Source: the human T2T-CHM13v2.0 reference genome, Homo sapiens. From it: a DNA stretch of 64,000 nucleotides. The stretch lies in assembly GCF_009914755.1 (NCBI RefSeq), contig NC_060927.1; one strand, written 5' to 3'. Numbering within the stretch: position 1 is the stretch's first letter; each line of letters opens with the position of its first letter. This document shows positions 30,124-43,420 of this stretch, one piece after another. Both the position numbers and the translations under genes were made by a program. The notes under the pieces are model-generated. The model worked only from the letters and a program-made list of their open reading frames with translations, was not told where the DNA came from and ran no database searches.

Positions 30124-31834
30124 TGAGGCAGCAGAACTGGGAATGTCAGACTGCCATGATGTTTGCTATGGGAACAATAAGAATCAAATTTATAGCACTG
30201 TCTGCATTTTCCCAGGAATTTCCTTGTGTGTTTGGAGCTGCTTTTAACACCTCTGGAACCACGTGTTTTGTGGAAATGTGATTTTCTTTACTTATTCAGT
30301 CACCATATTGAGAGATTGTTGGTATGTATCACTCAGTGTAGTGAAACACTATAACCTGAATTTTTTTCTTTATGTCTATGTAAATAAATCAGATAGCTTA
30401 ATTCATTTGAATGCAGTTTTAGTCAAATTCTCTTTGTATTTTTATGGTAGCATTAAAGCTATCAGAAACACTCCCACGGCAGCCGTGAGCACTATAAAAA
30501 GCAAAGTCTCAAAGAACGATTTCAGATTATGTCCTAAATGTGCACAAAAAATAATTTTGGAAAACTCTATTATTTACTTAATGATCCATTCTTAAGCAGT
30601 TTAAAAATAAAGAATGAATATCTAATGCCAGCAAGCATAGAAACATTTTGATAGAGCTAAGCCGATCATAAACTTGATGTATTAGAATATGCAGTTACAT
30701 TCTCAATATAATACATCTAAAATATTAATAAAGATGTTGTCATAAAATGGCATCAAAGCACTAAAGATGGGCAGTATTCAGCTCTGCATGACTTTATGCC
30801 TGCTCTCTTTTGATCATATGATATATCTTAATCAACTTTATGACCTAGGGAAAGTATTAGAAAAAAAGAATGTATTCAAAACCCAGAGACATCAGCCATG
30901 TTTATTTCAAAAATTAGACAATAAAAGAAAAATATATTTTATCTTACTTTACTAAGCATTATACTCATGGCAAAGAAATTATACACGCTGTACTGGGGGG
31001 AAGAAAAATGCTTAATGATAATTGAAGTAAACTGTTACACTGTTGATGCATTCATACTTAGATATAATCCATGGTTTCCAGGAAAATTGCTTAATCAAAT
31101 GAGGACATTACTGAATATTTATAATTATAGGAGAATCTATAAAAGAATCTAGAATAATTTAAATTTTGAATTTAAATTTTTTAAAAGACATAAAACTAAC
31201 CTTGAAGAGTAACTTAAATTTTTAACTGTTTCTTTTTTATTGTTAACTATTACTTTTTCTGAATGATGTTTTTGTTATCTAAAATTATTGAAGATACAGT
31301 AGAAAGCATAAATAATAAACAAAAATGCCCCATCCTTCTAGTTATGAAGGTTAGAGTCAGTGATCTCACTTAAAGTAGCTTCTAGTGAATAGCTCCTGGT
31401 GTGGCCTCTCATTTCCCACCAAAGTACTGGTGAATAAAATATCAAACATAAAATCTCTCAGCACTGAAAACTCAGCGTGATTGACAATGCCTCTTAGAAT
31501 TTGGGAGTAATTTTTATGATGTATATTTGACAGTTAATATTTTTAAAGTCATACTTTACTGATACTCTCTCTTATGGGTCAGAGAAGCCCTTCAAGTTTA
31601 GGAGATAAATAAACTGACTGGGATCAGGGATGCATAGAAGAACAGAGATTAATTGGAAATGCCTCTGGTACATTATAACAATACTTTGGGATAGTATGTT
31701 GATTCATCCTTCATTGTATCTCTACAGATACCAAATTAATAGATGACAAGAAGGTATTTTATGTTCACTTCAAGGTTTTCTTAACTTTTTAAACTCCTTT
31801 TTCCATCCCCATGGAGTTCACAGAAGAAAGGTGT

Positions 31835-32302
31835 TGTGGTGAGTTGAATGACAATCCCCAAATATATATGTTTGTGTTCTCATTCCCAGGACCTATGAAT
31901 ATTAACCTTTTTAGAAACAAATAGGTATTTATAGATGTAACTATCAAGGATCTTAAGATGAAATAATTCTGGGTTACCTAGGTGGGCCCTAACTCTAATG
32001 ACATGTGTCTTTATGTGAGACAGAAGAGGAGAAGATGCAGAGAGGAAAAGGCAATGTGAAGATGAAGGCAGAGAGTGGAGTAATGTGGCTACAAATCAAG
32101 AAAATCAAGGAATGCTGGCAGATACCAGGAGCTAAAAAAAGGCAAGGAAAGATTATTCCCTAGAACCTCCAAAAGGAATGTGGCCTTGCTGATACCCTGC
32201 TTTTGGAATTCTAGACTGCAGAACTGTGTGAGGGAAAAAATTCTGCTGTTTTAAGCCACCCAATTTGTGGTAGTGTGTTACAACAGCCACAGAAAAGTGA
32301 CA
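31835..32302 (+). mobile_element. MLT1C/D LTR
   Basis: TGTGGTGAGTTGAATG...CAAGGAATGCTGGCAG...TTTTAAGCCACCCAATTTGTGGTA. Confidence 0.85.
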
Positions 32303-32729
32303 GAGGTGAGGATAAGGGGGTAGCAGAAAGCAGCATACATGAGTAGGGCACTGATGTGATAGTAGACAAATACACGTCAGGGAGAATTCTGGAAAATGTG
32401 CAGCTTTGGTTAAATATGACAACAACAATGATGATGATGATCATGATTATGATATCTTCTATGTTTCCATTTTTATTGTAAAATAGTTTATTGTTGGAAA
32501 TTTTGGTCAAGAAACTTCACTTTCCGAATGCTTTTATTCTTCATATGCATGTAGTTTAATGTATTACTATATATTTTTCTTGGTGAAGTGCACTGCAGTG
32601 AGAGATAAGAACTAAGTTATCTATGGCTCTACAAAGCATCTTTTTTTTTTCAAACAAATATAACCCACCTTCACTTCCATTGATAGCATGTCTTCCAAAC
32701 ATCAGTCTGGTAACTAAGGAAATCTGAAG

Positions 32730-33272
32730 TGTGAAAGTTGTAAGATTCAAAATAGAGTCACTTGGGCTGAATCCTGGCAAGTGAAACTAGAGAAGGCCAT
32801 GAACAGAAGGCTGTTATGCATAGCTTGCCTGATAATGGGAACTATAACAAGAAATTTTTCCATACCACAGCTTACTACATGAGTCACACAAGGGCAGCTA
32901 ACAGCTCAGGGACAACTAGCCGAATGTACAGGAATATTTGCCTGTTCAAAATCTATCTCAAGAGCCCAGCTGAAAACTACAAGAGCCTAACTGTAATTCT
33001 AAGATTACAAATCCTACCTAGCAACTGCTGACACTTCCCAGTTAGACTCACCAGCATTTCTAAGACGCTGCCAGCACCAATAAGCTTTCTTTCAAAACAA
33101 TTTGTGTAACCTCCTCCTTCCTTAATAAACCTAACATTTCCTTTGTTCCCCTGACATTCTGAAGGCCACGCTGGTCTAGATGTATGTCCCAGATTGCAAT
33201 CCTAGTTCTTTAATGTTATTCTGAAAGAAAACCTTTTTACTTAGAGATTTGTCTCTGTTTTTTATGTTGACA
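32730..33272 (+). mobile_element. ERV1-class solo LTR (MER4 group, MER67-like, tentative)
   Basis: TGTGAAAGTTG...ATGTTGACA termini; 4-bp flanks GAAG/GAAA. Confidence 0.75.
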
Positions 33273-33829
33273 GAAATCAATTAATTAACATCCCACCTGG
33301 TATTATATTAGTGTGTTTCATCTCTGAAGTAGTTTTCTTAATTACAAATACTATAAAACTTCATATATTTGCTCCCTCAAAGAAACCATTGATCCATTTT
33401 CCCACCTATAATCACTGGGTCTACTTGAAAATTATTAGTTTCTGATAGATTTTTATCTGATCTTTCTCATCGGAGTCTATGGTACCTGTAGTCACTTTGT
33501 AGTTCTGTCCATCAAGAAAAGGATTCCATGTTAGTCTCATGGACATTTTATCTGCATCTTTCAGAGCATGCTTTTCTTGGATCTCAAGTAGGATCCTTGA
33601 TCTGAACTTCTGTTAGGGTAATAATTCCAGCTTGCTCTCTGGTATCTTTTATATTCAATTAAATATCAATGGAACCCAAGTTTCCTCCAGTTTAGTTTTG
33701 GGGTTGTATCTCTTTATTTTTATTTAACTTTAATATTTTTCATTTGGGTTTAATTTGTTCTCTATTTTGTATGCCTCTCAGACTTTAGTATACATACAAA
33801 TAACATGGATATAATACATATATGGATCC

Positions 33830-33915
33830 ATTATTTGAGGTGTAGCCTGTGATTGTGCATTTCTAACAAGCTCCCATGTGATGAAGATGCTGCTGATGCA
33901 CAGCAATATTTTGTT
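33830..33915 (+). mobile_element. MER5A fragment
   Basis: TGCATTTCTAACAAGCTCCCATGTGATGAAGATGCTGCTG. Confidence 0.7.
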
Positions 33916-34769
33916 TAGAGATAAAATTCATCCATCTTTGAATTTTGTTCTTCTCTTTATTTCCTACACTTTCCAACATTTTTAATCGTGTAATACTGTT
34001 TCCTGAGCACCATACTCTGTTCATTGAAATATCTGGCAAATATTTTACCTTAGTATAAAATCATTCAAGGCATAAGCAATTTTAAATATTTATTAAAGGT
34101 AATAAACATGATAAGGGATCGAGTTTGGGGGTCAGAGATACACCAATTATTCACTTTCAGACTCTTTTAACACTGGTTCCCTCTGTCTAATTTCCCCCTT
34201 GGGGCAAAATGATAAGAGCAAATGTCACCCTACAGATCCAGGGACATCTGTACTATAGGAGAGGAAACCTGAAATTATAAATCCCAGAGCTTATATATAG
34301 CAGCATGCACAGCTGTGCCTCCTTTCTGGAGAAACAGAAATTTATCCTTTAATAAAAAAAAAAACAAATCTCTAGTTTTCTAGGCTCATTATTTTTTAGA
34401 ATATTAATGAATGGGTTTAGAGGCCATATTTCTGTAAATCTCTCCTAATAAATTTGCTACCTCTAACATTTATTTATAACAACATTGCCAGTAATTTAAG
34501 CTTAGAAAGCCTTGGCCTTAGAGAAATATGAAAAACTTTATAGATCATTTATTCCCACAAAACTTACTTTTTCATTCATGTATACTTTTTGCACATTAGG
34601 TATTTGGGATTTCAGAATGATATTTATTAATAACCTATTATCACTCTTCCTAACCTGCACCTTATCTTCTTTGTTTTGTTCCTCCCTCCCTCCCATTCTT
34701 TTCTCTCTATTCTCCATTTGCTTTACACTGAATGTCCACAGCAAACCATTCTAAAGAGTTTAATGTATA

Positions 34770-37650
34770 ACTAAACAAACACTTTTCTTAATCCAATTTT
34801 CTGTCAAAGGACATTTGAATTGTTTGGTTGGGGCTATTAGGAAAATATAATATTAAAAACATTCTTGAGCAAGTCTTTCCTGGTTAAATAGGAGTAAAAT
34901 TTCTGGGTCATAGGGTAAATATATATAACTTTATAAGATTTTATAAGTATTCCATTTGTTTTACATCCTTAGCAAGACTTAACACTGCTAGTCTTTTTTC
35001 CCTTTATTTTAGTCATTCTAATGTATATAAAATGGGCTTATAAAATAAATAGTTTATTGGTTAACTTGGGGATGTTTTATATCTTTAAACTTTAAAATAC
35101 CCTATGAAAGATTATAAAATATTATTTCCTTATTTAGCTTTATTGAGCTATTATTGACAAGCATTCTATATAATTGAGGGGGTAAAACATGGGTTTTGAT
35201 ATACTATACATCCATGGAATGATTACTACAGTCAAGCTAATTAACATGCCTATCATCTCTCATGGTTACCTTTTGTGTGTGTGTGGTGAGAATACTACAA
35301 TTCTACTTATTCTTCTTTCAGTGTGGGCAACAGTGTGCAACTTTTCGGTGCTGTGGAGCATCGAAGCAGCTGAGGTTCAGAGTGTAGATACCTGCAGAGC
35401 TACAACAGCTCCAGGGTCTGGGGTTCAGGAGCTTCCTTTGTGAAGTAGACCTGATGTCTAAGAAATGGGCCCTCATAGTATGCCTGGAGCCAGGGTCGAA
35501 AGTGCAGGTGCATGAAGAGCAACCATGGCTCCAAATTCAGGGCTCTGGCTAGCCCACAGTGATGGTGTATGTGATGTCTGAGGCATGGACATTCATGCGA
35601 CTGTGGAGCCATGGTCTGGAGCAGAGGTAAATGCTGAGCAGCCAAGGTTCTGAGGTCTAGAACATGTGCAGGCTTGGGAGGGTAGCAACCCCAGTCCTGG
35701 GTGGCATAACAAAGGCTCCTCCTTGGGTGAAAGTGCCCAGCAGCCTTTTCTTTTCCATTGGGTCCATAGCAGTGATGGCTGTTGGTTATCTTAATGGTGA
35801 AAGCTGCAGTTCTCCTCTATATAGCAGGAAGTGAGGGTCTATGCTAATGAACAATAAGGGGACCTCTAGTGTGAAAATGTTTGGGAGTTCTTGCCTACTA
35901 CAGGAGCTATTGAATAGCTCATTGGCAAAGGCTGCTGGAGTACAAAGCTAGCCACTGGGGACTGTGGTGACATCTGCTGCGTGGCTGATACTGATAGCCC
36001 TGCCCCTCGCCTTTGATCCTAGCTGTCTCCAGACATCTCAGGTATGGGAATCTCTCCAGTAATACTCCACTGTGTTGCTCCAGGTTCTTATTTGGACTCT
36101 GGAGTCCTGTGAGGGCTACTGTGTGTGTGGATAGATTCAAATTGTCAGTTTTTCTTGGGGAATGAAGGTGAGAATCTCCTACTCTGCACCTTAGAATATT
36201 ATTCTTTTAATTTAGATAAAGTACTTTGTCTTAATTGGTCTCTAAAATTCCTCTTTTCAAGCAGAGTTGACTTATGTGATCTTAGTTTATGTCTAGACTC
36301 ATTTGTCTGTAATGTTTTTTAGTACGTGAATGGTATCTTAAGTTCAGTTGCATTACCTAGTAATCACTGGTGTATAGAAAACACTTGTAATTGACAACTT
36401 TGTGTAAGTTCTGATAAACTATGCTTTTTCCTTGGTAATTTAACAATAACTTAATTTATTTAATTATAATTGTTACATCTTTTTATTTTTGCATTACTTG
36501 ATTCCATCTACCAGGCATGCCAGGACTATGTTAAATAGTGGAAATATTTAGTAGGCAAATTTCTTGCTGATTTCAAAAGGCAATCATCTTAAGTTTCAAC
36601 ATTAAGTATGATACTACATTTGCTTTAGGATGTTGACATATAATCATTACCAAGTTAAGAAGTTTTCTTTTATTATTCTCTTAGAATTGTTTTCTTACTT
36701 ACTACAATCAAAAGTTTTAACATAATCAAAGATTTTAGTATAATCATTTAAACAATTACTATAATCAAAATGTCTTTGTAAAAAACTCTCTTTCAGATAT
36801 TGAGATACTTATGTGATATTTCTCCTTCAATTAATTTATTGAATTGCATAATTACATTTTCTAAACTTAAACACACTTCTAAGTTTAGGACCTAAGTTAA
36901 TAATAGCATATCGATAAAGAAATAATTTTGAGTCTGATTCACTAATAATTGATTTTTGAATCCATAGTAAATTGTGTCATTTGGTTTCTCAGGGTTTGGT
37001 ACCATGGTTATATAAGTCTCATCTAATGAATTTGGGAATGTTCTCTCAATCTCTCTCTCTGATTTTAAGTTTATTATTGAAAAGAACTTACAGACTATTT
37101 GTTAGAGAACACTAGTGAACATATCTTGTCCCTAGACTTACTTTTCTTTTTATAATTTGATTACATTTTTTAATGGCTGCAGATCTAGCCAACTTTTTTT
37201 CTTGATTTGTGTTATATAAAGTGGCTTTGTATACTTCCAATTATTTGAATATAACATACTGTCTAAGTATTTAGTGGAACCCCAGCTGTTTTACAGGCAT
37301 TATTTATCCTTCTCTTGTTCAAAATGAAGAATTCTAACCAACCTATGTTCATATTGTCCAGTATTTTAACTCGAGACCTTTTTCCAAAATTAGATTTGAT
37401 GACTATTGGTTTTATTCTCTTCACATGTTGTCTGTTTTCTATTCTGTTTTATTTCTCTAGATGTAAGTAGATATACTTGTGACCTCCCACAGTGTTTTCC
37501 ATGTCTTCTATACTCTCCTTTTATTTGTCTGTCTGGATTATGGATTATGGATAAAAGTATTGAGGTCTATTATTAAGTTTTTTTAGCTATAGTTATTCTG
37601 AAAATTGAAAGGTATCCTGGCAATTATTTATACTTTCTTATTTTCTAACT
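34770..37650 (-). mobile_element. Mosaic of antisense L1M fragments (L1MA 3' end at about 35130-35310; L1 5'-region-like at about 35310-36190; older ORF2 remnants)
   Basis: AGCTTTATTGAG...GTCAAGCTAATTAACAT; GACTATGTTAAATAGTG; GGTTTGGTACCATGGTTAT. Confidence 0.65.
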
Positions 37651-37818
37651 GAACATTTATTAATGTGTCTGTATATGTGAATAAGCATTTTCTAACACAT
37701 ACATGCTATAGGATTAAATTTGCCCTTCAAATTGAGATATAAGATTTACTAAAATGCTTTGAAATAAACATTTTAAACATATTTAACTTTTATATGCTAT
37801 TAAGATAGGAAGCAGAAA

Positions 37819-37911
37819 ATATGTTTATATTTATATATATTATATATAAAATATTTATATTTATTTATAAATAAATATAAATATAAAATATTATAAATAT
37901 AAAAAGCATAT
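37819..37911. repeat. AT-rich inverted repeat with a perfect 34-bp palindromic core (37851-37884)
   Basis: ATATTTATATTTATTTA|TAAATAAATATAAATAT. Confidence 0.9.
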
Positions 37912-38479
37912 CAACATGACATGTTGGTGACACCTATATGGTTACTATATCTTGCTGTATCAACTGTATTTGCATACCACAAATGTTTAAGATTCATAGA
38001 CGTTTTTGTCATTTAAGAGTTCTCTATGAGTACACTTTTTTCTTTTTTGTTTCATTGCTTTTATATGAGATCATACTAAAATTAAATGTGTTTTTAAAAA
38101 GCAAAAAGAAAGTTTTTGTTCATTGTTTTAAATACATTAACTCAGTTATTTAACATTTCCTATCTAAAAATTACAGTGTGTAAAGTCTTAAAGGGCTTCT
38201 TCATGCTTTTTATTGTGTTGCTGTTTTTGCTGTTTCTAAACCCAAGCACCTAGTTCCATAAAATTATGTGTGTGGTTGCCTATTGACTGCTTATTTTTCT
38301 TGAAAAGAATTTATTGAAAATTCTTTCTGGTCATAGAGGATTAACATCTTTTTCTACCAGACGTGAAGGGGCATTAACAACACAGAACCAGTTGAAATCA
38401 AATTCTCCATTTGAATATCTTAGGCCACAAAGGTAGCACAGGTTTAAGCATGAAATCAATCACATGAGGTCATACTTTT

Positions 38480-41400
38480 AGTTACAATTTTTCATGGAAG
38501 CCTCCAAGTTTCAAATAATTGAATCATGTAGATTACGTATATTTACCACAGTAAAATCTAGTAAGAAATAAACAACAAGAATAGGAACCAATGCAGGAAT
38601 TATCATAAATATTTCTATAAATACGACTCATCAGAAAGTCGATTTATAGTGAAATTAGAAAACACATTGTACCGAAGCATGATGAAAATATCCAGAGCCA
38701 GAAGACTAATAAGTTTCTGCTTAAAGAAAATATAGCGACAAGGCCCGGTGGCTCACGCCTGTAATCCCAGCACTTTGGGAGGACGAGGTGGCAGATCTCA
38801 AGGTCAGGAGTTTGCGACCAGCCTGGTCAACATAGTGAAACCCCGCCTCTACTGAAAATACAAAAAATTAGCTGGGCGTGGTGGCAGGTGCCTGTAATCC
38901 CAGCTGCTTGGGAGGCTGAGGCAGGAGAATCGCTTGAACCTGGGAGACGTAGGTTGCAGTGAGCCGAGATCGTGTCGCTGAACGCCAGCCCGGGTAACAG
39001 TGCGAGACTCAGTCTCGAGAAATATATATATATATATATATAGTTATGTAATATAAAAATTAAAAGTCTATAAAACTAAGGCTATTTCAAGAAATTTTAA
39101 AAGAAGCAATCTAAACCCAGAGAATGTAGATGAAAAAAAATACAACAGCAGAAATTAATGTTGTATAATACAAACAACAGAAAAAAAAAAAACCCAGACA
39201 ATTGTTAGTTCTTTTAGATTAATAATTGATTAACACTTTGAAAGACTAATCAGTTAATGAAAAAGAGTAGGCACAAAATGAATTATGAATACAAAAGGAT
39301 CATCACTACAGAGTCTGTAAATATTACAATGATCATGAGGGTATGTACTACATAATTTTATGCCAGTTAAATAAATAAGTAAAATGGAAAGACTGTTAGA
39401 AAAATAAAACAACAATAAGTTAAGATAAAATAGAAAACTTCAATAATTGTATATTAAATTGAATCCGTATTTTAAAACTTCATATACTACTGTAAATAGG
39501 CTAGGCCCAAATTACTCAAAATTTCAGAGGTTTAACAGATCAAATATTCACTTTATGCTCATGGCACCTTTCCATCATGGCTTGTTGGAGTTGCAGTTTT
39601 TCTCTACATCATCCTGTCATAGGGATCAAGGCTTATGAAAATTCTATTTCTGTGCTTCCAAGATTGGTGTGGCAAGGGGAAAAGAGTTATATGATATCTC
39701 AACTGGTAATTTAGTGTCTCTGCCTGAAAACAACACATTCAATTTCCACTCATTTCATTGATCGAAGCAAGATAGATGGCCATACCATAATACATGGGTT
39801 CAGAAATGTTTAATTTTATCTCAAGCCTGTAATTCCATTAAATGTAAGTTGAGTGAATTCCTTAACTTTAAAAGTTAAATGTAGATACAAAATGGATACA
39901 AAAATTTTTTTTAAATGTAGACAAACCCAACTACATGCTACCAACATGAAACACATCTTAAATACAAGTCCAATTTTAAACGTATGATTAAAGTTTAAAT
40001 AACGTAAAAACATCATACAAACTATAAAAGAAATTTGGTGCAACTCAGTTAATAATAGACAGTATAATTTCTAAGATAAAAATAATAGGAAAATATAAAG
40101 GATAATTGTACTAATGTCAATGAACTTGTAAATATACTAGCATAATATCACAGTTTTAAATTTATATGCATCCAATAACATACATTCAAAATAAATAAAA
40201 ACTTACTGGACTAAAGAATGAAATAAAAAATTCACAATTGTAGGAAAAAACAGTAATATATTTCACTATATAGCTGACAGGAAAAGTTAAGTGAAATAGA
40301 CAGACTTAATGAAAAACAACATTTAAGGAGAAAACCTATGAGAAATTATACAACATTATATTGGACAATAATAGAATATACATATTTTTTCAGATAAGCA
40401 TAAAACGAAAAACAAATGACTTCCTTATGGTGGGTCATAAAATAAACCTTACCTCAATTCCAATAAATTTAAATTATCCCAAGAATTTTCTTAGAGTGAA
40501 ATTAAGTAGAAACCAATAAAAAAATAATGAGAAATGGAAAGCCCCTAACTACTGGGAAATTAAGGTATGCATTTCTGAATAGTTTATGAGTTAAATAAAA
40601 ATGTAACAAGGGAAATTTAAAGAAATGAAATTAATTAATATTAAGTGATGACATATCAACACCTGAAGGGCGCACCTCAGTATTAATTAGATGAATATTT
40701 GGTTTCTAAAGTGCACACACTACTAAAGAAGAAGTGAAAAAGATTGATCTAAGCATCCATCTCAAGAACCAAGAAAAAGAAGACAAATTAAACACAAAAA
40801 ATGTAGAAAAAGTGAGTAACAAAACAATCAGATATCAGTGAAATAGAAAACAAATATACAATAGAGAATACCAACTAGATGAAAGTTTACTATAATAAAA
40901 ACTTGATAAAATAATAAAACCCTAGTCAGAGTACAGACAGAAAGGCAGAGATAAAGGGAAGGAGGAAAGAAAGATGTAGCAAATTGCTGATATCAATAAC
41001 TTAAATGAGAACATCACTATAGATCGAGAGACATTGTAAAGAATTACTAACAACATTATGACAGTAAATTACAATTGAGATGACTTGAGTTACGCAAAAA
41101 CAACAATTTATCAACACTGACACCAATAGATTTTCAAAAAGCACTGAATGGTCCTGTATCTTAAAAAATAATTGAATCTATTACTGAAAACCTCTCAATA
41201 AAAAATCTCAGAGACATGATTGCGTCATTGGTGAATTTCTCCAACATTAAAACAACAAATAAGAGTTTTCCATAAACTTTTCAAAGAATACAAAAAGAGG
41301 GCACAATTTCCAACCTGTATAAGAAAATCTAATGATAATCATCATTATCTTTACACATGCAGAAAATGCATTTGACAAAATTTAGTAGCCATTTACGAGA

Positions 41401-41520
41401 GAAAAATAGCTAACTAGCAATAGAAAAGAATTTCCTTAATATGACTAAGGATGTTAAAACAAATCTTGCAGTAAACATCAGACTTGGTGATATTTTGAAA
41501 ACTTTCTCTAGACATTTATA
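38480..41520 (+). mobile_element. Two degraded sense L1M ORF2 segments (about 38480-39500 and 39835-41520), separated by an old MLT1 remnant
   Basis: A-rich ORF2-like motifs ATCACTACAGA, CATCCATCTCAAGAA, GCAGAAAATGCATTTGACAAAAT. Confidence 0.7.
38737..39016 (+). mobile_element. AluS (Sg-like) with no A tail, followed by (TA)n
   Basis: Full dimer ending AGACTCAGTCTC, then GAGAA and TA repeats. Confidence 0.93.
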
Positions 41521-41539
41521 ACAAAATAAAGATGATGTT

Positions 41540-42150
41540 ATCAGTTATACAATGCTACTAATAACATAATGCTGTGCTGAAGAAAATAGAAAAGGGAAAA
41601 GGAAAAACACACACAGATATTAGTGTCTTAAAACAGTAATGCTTCATTTATTTCTTTAGTCATTGGATAGGCAATAAGACTAACTTTACCTATCTTATTC
41701 TTTTGATCTCCGAATATCTAATGGAAAGTTGATTGTGAGCTGAACTAGGATGATCTCAGCTGGAATACCTGGGTGGCTCTGCTCTTCTTCAGGTGTCTCT
41801 GATCCTCTAGCAGGATAATTTGTGTATTTATTTATAATGTAATAATATAATTTGTGGATAATATAATGTATATTTGTGGATTTGTGGATAATATAATATA
41901 ATGTGTAATATGATTTGTGGATAATTTATCATGTCAATAGCTAAGAACAAAAACAAAGGTAATCCCAATCAGGCAAGTCCTTTTCAAGTCTCTGCTTAAT
42001 TTACTTTTGTTACCATCCTATTGACCAAAGCAAGTCCTGTGGTCAAGCTCAAAGTTAGAGTGGGAGGATACTGAAAATTTACCAGATAAGAATGTGCATA
42101 CATGGAGAAGTGACACATTGATGCCTTCAGGTAAAATAAACCTATGGAGT
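41540..42150 (-). mobile_element. Old MLT1 LTR (MLT1G/H-like), with an internal degenerate ATTTGTGGATA repeat at about 41815-41930
   Basis: CCATCCTATTGACCAAAGCAAGTCCTGTGGTCAAGC. Confidence 0.6.
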
Positions 42151-42159
42151 TAGATATTA

Positions 42160-43420
42160 ATATAATGGTTTTCAGTAGAAGTGCCTGGAAGGGGCACAGA
42201 ATACTTCTGAGATGTTGATAATAATCTGTTCGAAAAGTCCATATGACTTTTGCTTCGCAGGTGTGTTAGTTTATCAAAATTCATTGCACTGTATACTTAT
42301 TTCTATGCATAAGACACTTTAAAAGGTCATTTTAAAAAACAAAAAAAATAAATTAATTAAAAATTGCAGATGAAAAATGTAATTAAAAACATGATATATT
42401 ACTATCTAACCAAACAATTTGTTAAATAAAATAATTTCAAAGCACAGATGAAGAGTTGATAAGGATGGATATAAGAAATATTGTATGTTCCTAAGGGTTC
42501 TTTTATCTGTTTGGTGATAAATCGTACAACGACTTTAGAAAATAAACTTCTATGCTAGTACAGGCATAAAATGCCGTATGACCTGGCCACTTCATACCCA
42601 GGTACAGACAGAAGAACTTATTACATATGTGCTTTTAAATAATTTGTACAAGAACAGCCATAGATGAATTACTTAATAATAATAAAAAACTCATAACATT
42701 CAAAATGTATACTTAGGATGGATAAATTGTGATATCATCATACAGTAACATCCTTTACTGCAATAAGTAAAATACAGCTACACATAATAACATGGAAAAA
42801 TGTAAGAAGCATATACTGAACAAAAAGATCCAGATCCAGAAAAGCACTTATTACATTGATTCTATTTATATAAAATTCAAAAATTACCAAAATTAAGCCA
42901 ATGCCTGTGGAACTAGTACACCTCCAAAAGAAAGCATTAAAATCATAGCAAAATTAAACCAATGATGCTGAAATAGTAAAACTCTAAAAGAAAGCACAAA
43001 AGTCAGCACACTGTTCACTTTGGCAGTGTTTGATGCCTGAGATGGGACACAAAAGAAACTTCTGTTGTGCTCATAATGTTCTGTTTCTTTTCCTATTTGG
43101 ATATTACACAGGGTTTGCCTTTTGATAAATTATTGAGATGTAGATTTTTGTTTTATTTACTTTTCTCTAAGTGTGTATTATTCCACAATTAAATTAAATA
43201 AAAAATCCAAGTTAATGGTTGACACTGTTTGGAGGAATACAGATGCATTTGGATAGAGCTACTTTGAGGACATCAAAGATAACAGTAATATTTTGTTTGT
43301 CAATCTGTGTACTGCATCAAGGGTTTTTATTCTATGATTCATTTTTTTTTTATTTGAAATGTTCCCTATGTACATGGGTTACTGAATAGGATCTATTTTG
43401 TAATAAATTTTAAAGGAACA
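42160..43420 (+). mobile_element. L1ME-type 3' end fragments
   Basis: GATGGATAAATTGTGATA; TTGATTCTATTTATATAAAATTCAAAA; AATGTTCTGTTTCTT. Confidence 0.65.

Noticed and set aside
29992-30200. C/D-box snoRNA (GTGATGA at about 30120)
   Set aside because: No matching CTGA D box with a terminal stem at a suitable distance
41815-41930. Repeat-spacer (CRISPR-like) pattern of ATTTGTGGATA
   Set aside because: Irregular low-complexity slippage repeat inside an LTR of a primate genome; the spacers are themselves repetitive
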